Assembly: GCA_043803745.1 (NCBI GenBank)
Contig: JAZDJS010000050.1
Location: 1 to 20,079, forward strand
Length of the DNA: 20,079 nucleotides
From: an archaeon
GTDB lineage: Archaea > SpSt-1190 > DYHY01
Direction of reading: 5' to 3'
Below, in pieces: positions 1 to 9,000 of the stretch (position 1 is its first letter; the number at the start of each line of letters is the position of its first letter). The position numbers were made by a program, and so were the translations under genes. Below the pieces are notes generated by a model. It saw only the letters and a program-made list of their open reading frames with translations, did not search any database and had not been told where the DNA came from.

Positions 1-362
1 AAATCCCGACCGTCGCACCAGAAACCCTTCTTTTTTCAAAAGAAGCCTTTCACGGGAAGAAAAGAAAGCGCGCGAGGGTTCCTGAGCGCTAGCGAAGTGC
101 TTAGAGGAGCAAAATCCCGACCGTCGCACCAGAAACCCTTCTTTTTTCAAAAGAAGCCTTTCACGGGAAGAAAAGAAAGCGCGCGAGGGTTCCTGAGCGC
201 TAGCGAAGTGCTCAGAGGAGCAAAATCCCGACCGTCGCCTAACCAGAGCCCTTCTCACTACGTTCGAAGCCGTTGACGGGTTGTCCGTTTGCTTCAAACG
301 GACCTTTTGGTGAAACTTTCCCAAAGTTTCAAGACCGACCGTCGCCTAACCAGAGCCCTTCT
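1..362. repeat. Tandem array: two 111-bp units (1-111, 112-222, one mismatch) plus a third divergent ~107-bp unit; anchor CCGACCGTCGC(CTA)ACCAGARCCCTTCT recurs at about 6, 117, 228 and 335
   Basis: AAATCCCGACCGTCGC starts at 1, 112 and 223. CCGACCGTCGCCTAACCAGAGCCCTTCT is at 228-255 and 335-362. Each unit is built from short hairpins (e.g. CTTCTTTT-ttc-AAAAGAAG, GTCCGTTTG-ctt-CAAACGGAC 283-303, GAAACTTT-ccc-AAAGTTTC 312-330). The array may extend left of the window. Confidence 0.92.
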
Positions 363-377
363 TTTTCCAAAGAAAAC

Positions 378-384
378 TTATAAA
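378..384 (+). promoter_or_regulatory. Archaeal TATA box (TTATAAA, A-rich BRE-like upstream) for the 406-930 gene
   Basis: About 22 nt upstream of ATG 406; similar spacing recurs before most genes in the window. Confidence 0.6.
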
Positions 385-405
385 CGGAATTCGGCTCTTC
401 CCGAA

Positions 406-930
406 ATGAAAACCGCGCTTGATTTGTATGTTGACGAACCAGGGGCTTTCGAGATTCTCGAGTCCCAAGTGAGGGCGGGGCTTGCCGCACCCGAACCGAA
501 TCTGGATGACGAATCCCTTTTCGACGGGGACCTTTTCACGCGGGAGGACCCGTTCAACAAGATAGGCGACTATTATGCGAGAAAGGACGGGGACACGGTC
601 CGGGTATTCGTGAACGCTGCAAAGGTGGTCGTTTCCCTGGAAAAGAGAGGACGGGCTGCTATTGGAGAAACACTCGGCAAGGCTGTCCGCACAGTTGACC
701 CGACCTTCTCAATATACTCGGATCGGAGAGAGATTCTGGACTTTCCGGAGCCGAAGGAGCCTCCCGCTTTCTCCGGAGGCAGGCGCGTCAACATTTATCC
801 GGGCAGCTTGATTTTCCCAGCGGGAACCGCTCTCAGCTTCAGCCTGCCGGCAGAAGCTGGCGAGAGAATCGCCGGAACTGTCACGGAATACATCCTCGCT
901 GTCGGGAACTTTTACGCGAATGAGTTCTGA
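406..930 (+). CDS. Hypothetical protein (174 aa, MKTALDLY...)
   Basis: ORF-track 289..930 re-started at the in-frame ATG 406, because 289-405 runs through the repeat array and the TATA box sits just before 406. No family recognised. Confidence 0.7.
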   Translation: MKTALDLYVDEPGAFEILESQVRAGLAAPEPNLDDESLFDGDLFTREDPFNKIGDYYARKDGDTVRVFVNAAKVVVSLEKRGRAAIGETLGKAVRTVDPTFSIYSDRREILDFPEPKEPPAFSGGRRVNIYPGSLIFPAGTALSFSLPAEAGERIAGTVTEYILAVGNFYANEF

Positions 931-1020
931 GGCCGGTTGTCGGAAATCCGCTGAAAAGATGAACTAACTGACGGCTTTTCCTGACAATTAATAATAAAGT
1001 TCGGGTTCCCGGAAAGGCGG

Positions 1021-2511
1021 ATGGGAAAAAACCCGATTCCGAGGTGCATGAGCACCCAGCACCCGGACAACGTCACGACGCCCTTCTTCGCCGAAAGCCC
1101 CATCCTCGGGGGCGAGGATGAGATAAAGGAGACCTACTACGCCTTCTCGCACCTCGGCTGCACCGAGCAGATGTGGGATTACGAGGGGAAGGAGGTAGAT
1201 AGCTTCGTGATAAAGAAGCTCCTCTCCAAATACCCGGACTTCTTCAGGGGGAAGGAAATCGGCCGGAGCGTCTTCATAACCCCGCGGGTCCCGAATCCGG
1301 AGTTCGAGCGGGATGAGGCGAAGAGCCTGCTGGAGACCCTGGAAAGCATCCCCCGCTCCTTCGACACTGCGCGCCTATTCTATGGAAAAGGCTGCGTCCC
1401 GCCGATATTCGAGGTAATCCTTCCGATGACAACCTCGGCAAAAGCCGTCAACAAAATACATTCCTACTACCGGGATTTTGTCGGGGGAAAGGGCAAGTTC
1501 CTTGTTTCGGGCGAGCGGGTTGCCGACTGGATCGGGGAGTTCAACCCGAAGGAAATTTCCGTAATCCCCCTTCTTGAGGACAGGGAAAGGATGTCGAAGA
1601 CCGGAAGAATAGTGAAGGAATATCTCCGGGACAAGAACCCCCCTTACCAGAGGGTCTTCCTTGCGAGGTCGGACCCTGCGATGAACTACGGGCTTGTCGG
1701 GGCGGTGCTCCTTGCGAAAATCGCTCTTGCGAAACTTGACGGCGTTTCGAAAGACACCGGGATCGAGATACACCCGATAATCGGGGTCGGCTCGGTCGTT
1801 TTCCGCGGGGGGTTTTCCCCCGCAAGGGTGAAGGAAACTGTCGAGGAATATCCGAGCGTCTCGACATACACGATACAATCCGCGTTCAAGTACGACTGGG
1901 CGCCCGGCGAGGTCAGCGAGGCAATCGAGGACGTTTCCGCCGCGGGAAGGAAGCGGGCCCAGCAGGTTTCGGAAGGAGACGAGCGGGAAATCGACAAGTT
2001 AATCGACAAATATTCGCGCAATTACCAAAGGCAGATCCTGAAGCTTGCCAAGATAATAAACAAGGTTTCCGAGCATGTCCCGTCAAAGAGGAAAAGGAAG
2101 CTGCACGTCGGAATCTGGGGATATTCCCGGAGTCTCGGGAAGAAGAAGCTCCCAAGGGCAATAGGCTTCACTTCCGCGCTCTATTCAATCGGGCTTCCGC
2201 CGGAGCTGATAGGGCTGGACTGCCTTGACCGCGCGGACGTTTCCCTCATCGAGAGGTTCCATTCGAACTTCCTTTCGGACATTGGGGAGGCGGCGCGTTT
2301 CGCCAACTTCGGGAGCGGAGCGGTTCCCGAAAAGCTCGGGAAGAAAGTCAGGGACCTTATCGATGTCGAGGCGGACGCCGAGGCGGACGCCGAGCCCGAG
2401 CATGCGAGAATCTCCGGCGAGATATTCAAGAGGCTGAAAAGGAAGGACCATTCAGAGGGGATTTCGGAGCTTGTCGTACGGGCGGGTTCAATCCGCAAGT
2501 TCCTCGGGTGA
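1021..2511 (+). CDS. ppcA: Phosphoenolpyruvate carboxylase, archaeal type
   Basis: 496 aa; N-terminal IPRCMSTQHPDN and the ITPRVPNP, FEVILPMT, RVFLARSDPAMNYG, TIQSAFKYD and LPRAIGF motifs typical of PpcA. Confidence 0.95.
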   Translation: MGKNPIPRCMSTQHPDNVTTPFFAESPILGGEDEIKETYYAFSHLGCTEQMWDYEGKEVDSFVIKKLLSKYPDFFRGKEIGRSVFITPRVPNPEFERDEAKSLLETLESIPRSFDTARLFYGKGCVPPIFEVILPMTTSAKAVNKIHSYYRDFVGGKGKFLVSGERVADWIGEFNPKEISVIPLLEDRERMSKTGRIVKEYLRDKNPPYQRVFLARSDPAMNYGLVGAVLLAKIALAKLDGVSKDTGIEIHPIIGVGSVVFRGGFSPARVKETVEEYPSVSTYTIQSAFKYDWAPGEVSEAIEDVSAAGRKRAQQVSEGDEREIDKLIDKYSRNYQRQILKLAKIINKVSEHVPSKRKRKLHVGIWGYSRSLGKKKLPRAIGFTSALYSIGLPPELIGLDCLDRADVSLIERFHSNFLSDIGEAARFANFGSGAVPEKLGKKVRDLIDVEADAEADAEPEHARISGEIFKRLKRKDHSEGISELVVRAGSIRKFLG

Positions 2512-2520
2512 TGGAATTTC

Positions 2521-3306
2521 TCAGAAAAGGAATGCCCTCGCGGCCGCATAGACCATCACCGCAAGTATCAGTATCAGGACCAGGAGGTCGAAGGAAACCG
2601 TCTGGGCCCATGAGGGCAGGAAGGGCAGGTCGATCAAGAAGAAGCCTTTTCCCCTCCGTTCCTCGGCGACCCGGGCCTCTAGATCCGGAAGATTCTCCCG
2701 GACGACGGTCAGGACGCTCTCGGAAAGGGAATATTTCCCCTCCGAATAAAACTGCTCGGCGAAATAAAGGCTTGAATTGGTCTCGGCGAAAAGCGCGATT
2801 GTCTCGGAATTCTTGATCGCGCCGATCCTTGACGAAACCCTCGAAAGCCTTGACTTGAAATCCTTCAGTTCCGAGGATATTTTCGCGCCCTCCTCGGGGG
2901 AGAAAACGACGACCTTCGCGTATTCCTCGCGGGGGAGGATTCCCTCGCCGGAAAGGGAGACTGTCAGGAAAAACTCCCCGGGAGTCCTCGGGATCAGCAG
3001 GACCTTGGTCGACTGCCTCATCCCCACAATCATCCTTCGCTCGGTCCAGGAAAGCTCCCCTTCGTTCGGCCAGTCCGCCGAGAGTGCGGCGACCCGGCCG
3101 CTCTCCCCCGGCTCGGAAACAATTGTTATCTGGAATTCGACCGACTTGTTGGAAACCGGGACGCTTGCGGAGGAAGGTTCTACGCGCAGATAGCTGAAGC
3201 CCGCTGGGAGGACAAGGAGGAAAAAGAGGAAAGGGACCAGAAGGGCCAGAAGGACCAGAATTGACACAGGCGGTCCGCTTCTTCCAGCCCTTTCTCCGGA
3301 TTCCAT
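2521..3306 (-). CDS. Predicted membrane-anchored surface protein (N-terminal hydrophobic segment, Ig-like beta domain, helical segment, C-terminal TM)
   Basis: Start moved to the in-frame ATG at 3306 (MESGERAG...) so it does not overlap the upstream gene; AAGGAG upstream; hydrophobic segments at both ends. Confidence 0.75.
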   Translation of the reverse strand: MESGERAGRSGPPVSILVLLALLVPFLFFLLVLPAGFSYLRVEPSSASVPVSNKSVEFQITIVSEPGESGRVAALSADWPNEGELSWTERRMIVGMRQSTKVLLIPRTPGEFFLTVSLSGEGILPREEYAKVVVFSPEEGAKISSELKDFKSRLSRVSSRIGAIKNSETIALFAETNSSLYFAEQFYSEGKYSLSESVLTVVRENLPDLEARVAEERRGKGFFLIDLPFLPSWAQTVSFDLLVLILILAVMVYAAARAFLF

Positions 3307-3337
3307 TTTTCCGCGGCTTCTTCTTCTCCTTGCGTCC

Positions 3338-5596
3338 TCAGAACATCCTTCCGAAGGTGAGTATTGCCGCTCCAACAAGGACGACGACGACTCCCGCGAC
3401 AACATATGTGTTGAGCCCGGTTGTCGGGGGCTCGATCCCATACGCCTCCTCGGTATATCTCGCAACTGCGAAAGCTCCCTCTGCGGATTCAAGGGCTTTC
3501 TTGCAGAGGACGTTAGCGGAGTCGTAGTTTCGCTTGTTAAGCTCAGCCATGCATGCCGCAAGAGCCGTCTTGGCATCGTTGACCGCAACCTCGGCCGGAC
3601 CCGCGTCCTTCCCTGAATTCGCAATCCGCTTCACCTCGGCTTCGGCCTGGCTCACCTTCGTCTGCGCCCTTGACGCAATGTCCGCAACCGTCGTGACGTC
3701 GCCAGCTGACGGGGTTATCGAAACCTCGAGGGACTTGGTCAGGCTCCCGGACGAATCCGAAAGGGTCACTGAGAAGGTGCAGGAAACGGTCTTTCCAAGA
3801 GAGTTAACCTTGAATGAGTTCGAATAGCTTCCGCTTTCGGCAAGGGAAATTGACGATGCGTTCAGGAAGGAGGTCCCGGTTATCACGCCGGACGGGCAGG
3901 AATTCTCGACAAGGGGCTTGACGCTCCGCGTAAGGGTTGAGCGGGAAATTACCGAAAAGTCCACGCTAACCGGAGAGTCAGCCTGCACGCCAAGCTCGAC
4001 CCGCTCAGTCGAGAACGAAAAGTCGAAAAGACCGCCGGAAGACCGGGAAATCCGGATGTTCGCGGGAACGCACGACTCCTCGCCCGAGTCAATTGATGCG
4101 CAGAGCGAAAGCCCGTATTCGCCTTCCGTCGAGAATGTGGGGGCAATCTTGACTGGAACCGACCTCTCCTCGGCGGAGGCAAGGGTGAACTGGGTGTCGC
4201 TCGCGAAGCTCACCGCTCCCGCTGCGGAGCCTTTGGAATAAATTGAGAATGCGCCGCTTGAGCTTCCGGTGTTCTTCACCGTTGCAACGAATTCCGCATA
4301 TCCGCCCGGCTCGATTGAGAAGGGAGAATTCCGCGAAAGGGAAATCCTCGGATGGGCGCCCGACGTCTGTCCCGATGAGGTCGAGACAATCAGCTTCTGT
4401 ATCTGGACTTCGCCCGCCGTAGAGAACTCCGCAATCGAAATCTGGTATGTCCCTGCGACAGCAGGAGTCGTTACCGAGACCTTGTCGGTTGCGCCGGCCC
4501 CGATGGATATCTTCCTCGTTTCCGTCCCGTCAATCCGGACCCCTTCGGAAAGGGATTTCACGGTGAATTCGGTCGAGGCGGTGTCAAGGTTCGTTATCGA
4601 GAGGGAGAATGTCCCCTGGATATCGCCGGTCTTGAGGATGTACTCGGAGGGGAAAAGCGCAATCGACGCCTTGAGCTGTTTCAGGTAGTTGACCGAATAG
4701 TCGTATTGGTAGAGTTTGTTTTCGACTGAGAGGAGGGCTGAAAGGGTGTCGACGCAGGAAACATCCGGCTTGATTGTGAAAACGTTCTTGTTGCATCCGA
4801 GGCTGTCAACAATGCTGCCCTGGCAATATGCCTGCCAGCAGAGCGTGTATGCGTCAACCGGCTTGTTCTGGGCCCTGTTGATGACCGCCCTGGGGGAAAG
4901 GAGGAATTGGGAGCCCCTGTAAATCGTTCCGGGCACGTCAATGACCAGGTCATACGTTTCAATGCAGAGCCGGGAGGATGAAGAGCAGGCGCTCCGTTCG
5001 CATCCGCGGCAGTCGACGCAGCAGTTGAGATAGTTCTCGCCGGAATCGCAGACCCTGTTCCCGCATGCCTGATTTGTCCCGTTGATGATTGTTGTTGTCG
5101 TTGTCGATTGTGTCGGGTCGCCGCATGCCGCCGAATAAACGCAGGCCGCTTCCTGGAGGCATCCGGAAGGCGTGCAGGTCCGCTTCTGGAGCATCTGGTT
5201 CTGGGCGCAGGAGGACATTCCGCAGCCCAAATTAGAATATCCGGTGCAGCTGCACTCCGGAAGCTTGTCGCCTATGTTCACCTGGAAAACGTTCGAGAGG
5301 GTGTCGCCACACCGGGCCTGAATGTTGTATGTCTCCTTCTGCGGGGAATAGAAGCTCGCCCTGCCGTTGAGAATCGAGAACGCCCCGACAGGCGCCCCGG
5401 TTGAATTCGTCAGAACGAGCGTTCCGGAATCGCAGGGGGTTACGGTGCATTCGCAGGAAAGTTCGGCGGTGCAGGTTGTCGAGCAGGAAAGGGTTGCCGA
5501 GAATGCCGGAGAGGCGAGAACGATAGTCAGAACGAGCGCAATCAAACTAATTCCTGCCGTCTTGCCAGAGAACGAGAAAAATCCCCTTTCTTCCAT
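3338..5596 (-). CDS. Secreted/membrane-anchored Cys-rich surface protein (752 aa)
   Basis: Signal peptide, Cys-rich modules including CGNRVCDSGENYLNCCVDC, a Thr linker, several beta-sandwich-like segments, a helical segment and a C-terminal TM. TATA-like TTTTTAA about 22 nt upstream. Confidence 0.88.
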   Translation of the reverse strand: MEERGFFSFSGKTAGISLIALVLTIVLASPAFSATLSCSTTCTAELSCECTVTPCDSGTLVLTNSTGAPVGAFSILNGRASFYSPQKETYNIQARCGDTLSNVFQVNIGDKLPECSCTGYSNLGCGMSSCAQNQMLQKRTCTPSGCLQEAACVYSAACGDPTQSTTTTTIINGTNQACGNRVCDSGENYLNCCVDCRGCERSACSSSSRLCIETYDLVIDVPGTIYRGSQFLLSPRAVINRAQNKPVDAYTLCWQAYCQGSIVDSLGCNKNVFTIKPDVSCVDTLSALLSVENKLYQYDYSVNYLKQLKASIALFPSEYILKTGDIQGTFSLSITNLDTASTEFTVKSLSEGVRIDGTETRKISIGAGATDKVSVTTPAVAGTYQISIAEFSTAGEVQIQKLIVSTSSGQTSGAHPRISLSRNSPFSIEPGGYAEFVATVKNTGSSSGAFSIYSKGSAAGAVSFASDTQFTLASAEERSVPVKIAPTFSTEGEYGLSLCASIDSGEESCVPANIRISRSSGGLFDFSFSTERVELGVQADSPVSVDFSVISRSTLTRSVKPLVENSCPSGVITGTSFLNASSISLAESGSYSNSFKVNSLGKTVSCTFSVTLSDSSGSLTKSLEVSITPSAGDVTTVADIASRAQTKVSQAEAEVKRIANSGKDAGPAEVAVNDAKTALAACMAELNKRNYDSANVLCKKALESAEGAFAVARYTEEAYGIEPPTTGLNTYVVAGVVVVLVGAAILTFGRMF

Positions 5597-5680
5597 AAGG
5601 GGTTACTGCGCACCACTGGTTAAAAAGGTTTTCAGTTCGCCCCGGGGCTTTTGGCGGGCGCTCCCCGGGAACACTACGAC

Positions 5681-5690
5681 TTTTTATAAA
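5681..5690 (+). promoter_or_regulatory. TATA box of the tRNA gene
   Basis: TTTTTATAAA ending about 23 nt before the mature tRNA 5' end. Confidence 0.7.
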
Positions 5691-5712
5691 CGACAATTCC
5701 CATTTTTCCCGG

Positions 5713-5787
5713 GGGCTCGTAGCTCAGCTTGGATAGAGCGACTGCCTTCTAAGCAGTAGGTCGTGGGTCCAAATCCCACCGGGCCCG
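5713..5787 (+). tRNA. tRNA-Arg (anticodon TCT), intronless, CCA not encoded
   Basis: Acceptor stem GGGCTCG/CGGGCCC plus discriminator G; D arm GCTC/GAGC with A20 (Arg identity element); anticodon arm ACTGC-CTTCTAA-GCAGT; T arm GTGGG-TCCAAAT-CCCAC. Confidence 0.96.
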
Positions 5788-5790
5788 CTC

Positions 5791-5953
5791 GAATTCGCCC
5801 GGAAAATACATCCGCGAATTCGAGGACCTCGCTACGCACTGCGTGCTGCTCGGCCGCAGAGGAATTCGCCCGGAAAATACATCCGCGAATTCGAGGACCT
5901 CGCTACGCACTGCGTGCTGCTCGGTCGCGTCGAAACCCCTTTTCCCTAAAAGC
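5791..5953. repeat. 71-bp-period tandem duplication (5791-5857 / 5862-5928) just after the tRNA, followed by a partial hairpin-element end (5931-5953)
   Basis: The copies differ at one base (CGGCCGC vs CGGTCGC). Each contains the hairpin GAATTCGC...GCGAATTC. GAAACCCC-TTTT-ccct-AAAA-GC follows. Confidence 0.9.
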
Positions 5954-6025
5954 TCGGAGCGCTGGCGCTGCGCTTTGCAGATTCGATGCGTGCAGATGCA
6001 CGCGCCGCGCAGGAACTTTTCCTTT

Positions 6026-9000
6026 TCACTGGACCTTCCCTATGTAAATCGCCTTCACAAAAGCCGCCGGAACGCTAAGGTATGCGTCCCTCGGATATAT
6101 GAAGACTGAAACCTCGTGCGGTCCGGTTCCCCTGTAGCTGATGTTGCTGAAGGAAATCGTCCTGTTGCCAGTCCATCCGCTCCCTTCCCTCCGAAGCTCT
6201 GAGAACGCAAGCCCCTTCGAAGCGTTCCCGAGGATGAAAAAGTCCAGCGGAACCGCCTTGCTTGAGTTCATCACAAGGGTGCAGTTGTTCCTGTCCGGGA
6301 TTGTGCAGTTCCCGCCGACAACCGAGACCGTGAAGCTCGTTGCAGCTACTTCAAGGGTCTTGACCTCTGACGCCCGGTCGCCGCAGACAGCCTGGATTGA
6401 ATGGTTCCCCGCAAAGGGCGGGTAGAAGGAAATCCCTCCGGACGAATTCGCCTTGAGCTCTATTCTTGAGCCGAGCTTGGCTGATGCGACGTAAACCGTC
6501 CCCAGGGAGCAGTTCGTGAAGCCGTAGAAACACTCGAAATACTGGGTGCAGTTTGCGGTCTGGTTCTCAGGGGTCGGAGTTGGCACGGGCGTCGGGGTCG
6601 GGATTGTGTGGGGTATTTCAATCGTGTAGTTCACCGAGGAAAAGTTCCCGTCGGGAGTCACGGCAGTTGCGTAATACTTGTGCGTTGTTCCGGCAACATA
6701 CAGTCCTACCGTTGCGGAATAGGGAGTCCCCGAATCCTCCCCGACCTTGAGTCCGTCAATGAAGAAGCCTATCTTGGTTACCGCGCCGGAATAATTGCTC
6801 ACGTTCGCGCCAAGGGACACGTTGAAATTGGCGGTTCCTCCGAGATTTATCGTCGACCAGTTGCCGGTGACAATGGGGATGCAGGACGAGTCGTTCGCGC
6901 AGTAGGTCACTGTCGTGAGTCCGCAGATTCCCTCCGTGCATGTCTTGTTGAAAGCCATCTTGAGCTTTGAGCAGGACGCCATCCCGCAGCCAAGCTTCAC
7001 GGGGGTCGCGGCAGTGCTGTTAATGCAGATTTCGGTGCAGTTCTCGCCGGGGCAAGTGAGGGCGACCGCCGAGAGGGCGGTGTAGTTCGTCCAGTTGACG
7101 AGGGTCGACCCGTTGAGGAAGGAGAAGTTGTATTTCCCCTCCTTCGCAACCGGGGCCCTCCATATCCAGTAGAAGGGCGCGACGGCGTCCTGGGTGAGGT
7201 TTGCTGTAACGGGAATTTCAGTAGTGTCGGCATGCTTCATTGTAAGCCGAGGGGTCTGGTAAGGCGTTGTTCCGGTGAGCTGGGTAACGTTGATTGTTGC
7301 TATGCAGCCGGTCGTAAGCTTTTTGTCGGGGGTCGCGGGCTTGACCGAGATGTTCACTGCCGGAAGATCCGTCAGGCAGTTCCAGGCACCCGTTGAGAGG
7401 GCGGTGTAGGTCGTCCAGTTGACGAGGGTCGACCCGTTGAGGAAGGAAAAGTGGTATGGTCCGTCGCTCGCAATCGTAAGGTTCCAGGTCCAGTAGAAGG
7501 GCGCGACGGCGTTCTGCGTGAAATTCTTCGTTACGGGAACGCCCGTTGTCCCGGCATATTTCACTACAAGGCTTTCGCTGCTGTATGCGACAGTGCCGGT
7601 GAGCTGGGTAACGTTGACAAGGACTTTGCAGCCTGTCTTGAGCTCCTTGTTCGGCGTTGCGGGCGTGACCGAAATGTTCACTGCCGGGAGCGCCGGAACA
7701 TCCACCGGGCAGGTTATCGCGACTGTCGATGATGCGGTGTATTGCGTCCAATTGATGATTGCGGTGCCGGACAGGAAGGAGAAGTTGTATGTCCCGTTGT
7801 TGGGAACCGAGACGTTCCAGGTCCAGTAGAAGGGCAGGGCGGCGTTCTGCGCGAGGGTCTTTACCGCGGGGATGTTTGTTGTAATCCCTTTGTCCGTGTT
7901 ATTCACGACAAGGTTCTCGTTCTGGTAAGCCGATGCGCCTGTTTTCTGGGTCACGTTCACCGTAACCTTGCAGCCTGTCTTGAGCCTCTTGTCAGTTGTC
8001 GAGGGCTTTACCGAAATCTCGATGGGGTTGCCCATTGATTTTTCCATGCAGATCGGGACGCCCCTCCAGCAGCAGGAATCGTCGCTGTGGCAGGGGAGGG
8101 AAGTCTCGACCCAGCCGTTCGCAACCTCCTGGTTCGATGCCTCGAGCGTCATGCATTTCCGTTCCTTGCCGTCCGCCGATTTGCAGAGAAGGAGCTGGTC
8201 AAGCGGCGCGTAGCAGAGCTCGTGGTTCGGGCAGCAGGTGTCCTCAAGGGTGCAGGGCTTGAACCAATCCTCGGAATAGAGCCTGTTATTGTCGTCCGGA
8301 TTGACATAATACATCCCCGTCTCGTCCCTGTGGGCGAGGGAAGTTTCCAGGTCAACGCAGATTCGCGTCACGGTTGCGTCGGATTCGCATCCCGCCGGAG
8401 TGTATTCGTCGCCCCCGCAATCCTCCCCTTCGCATTCCTCTTCGTCACCGTCGCCGTTGTCTCCATTGCCCCAGCCGTTCCCTCCGCCGTTGTCACCGGA
8501 AGCCTGGCAGTTCGGGTTCGTCCGTTCATAGCACTGGAGATCCGAGTTTCCGCACGCCGATAAACTTGGTTCTATTTCGCCGAAAGCGGCATTCGCGTCG
8601 AAAGGGTCTTTTTTGCAGCTGTCATCAAAATCGCCGGCTCCGGGTTCCGTTTCCGAGCAAATCCTTTCAACCCCGGCTCCGCTTTTGCAGGTTCCTTCCA
8701 TGCAGACGTAGTCTGCTGAGCATATTCCGGGAGATTCGACAACTAAATCATTATTTGTGAGCGTTCGATGAATTGGCGTTCCTGTGAGATGTGTTCCCGT
8801 GAGTAGAACGCAAGCCCAGTTTCCATCGGGAGATTTTCCGATTCCGCATTCGCTCTCCTGCTCAGCCCTGACTGAAGCGTCAACGCAATCCCCTTCGACA
8901 ATTGCTCCGGCACCGGTGACTGAATAGACGCAGGGGGACCAGGTTCCTGAAATAAGATTGTTCGGATAGCAGGTCTGGTCAGCTCCGGTACATGCTCCGG

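Noticed and set aside
1-362. CRISPR array interpretation of the left-edge repeats
   Set aside because: The period is 107-111 bp, the first two spacers are nearly identical and structured, and there are no cas genes in the window.
289-405. N-terminal extension of the first ORF from TTG 289
   Set aside because: It runs through repeat DNA and the TATA box; ATG 406 is preferred.
966-981. CTGACGGCTTTTCC resembling the element flank at about 10568
   Set aside because: Only about a 10-bp match, without the core or a duplication; too short to call.
2367-2394. 12-bp in-frame duplication in ppcA (EADAEADAE)
   Set aside because: Simple slippage in a probable loop; no hairpin element nearby.
3307-3624. 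N-terminal 106 aa of the ORF-track 2521..3624 protein
   Set aside because: Overlaps the upstream gene in another frame with low-complexity Arg/Ser sequence; the real start is likely 3306.
7049-8023. DGR template/variable repeat pair
   Set aside because: The repeats are in-frame domain duplications with differences at all bases, and no reverse transcriptase is present.
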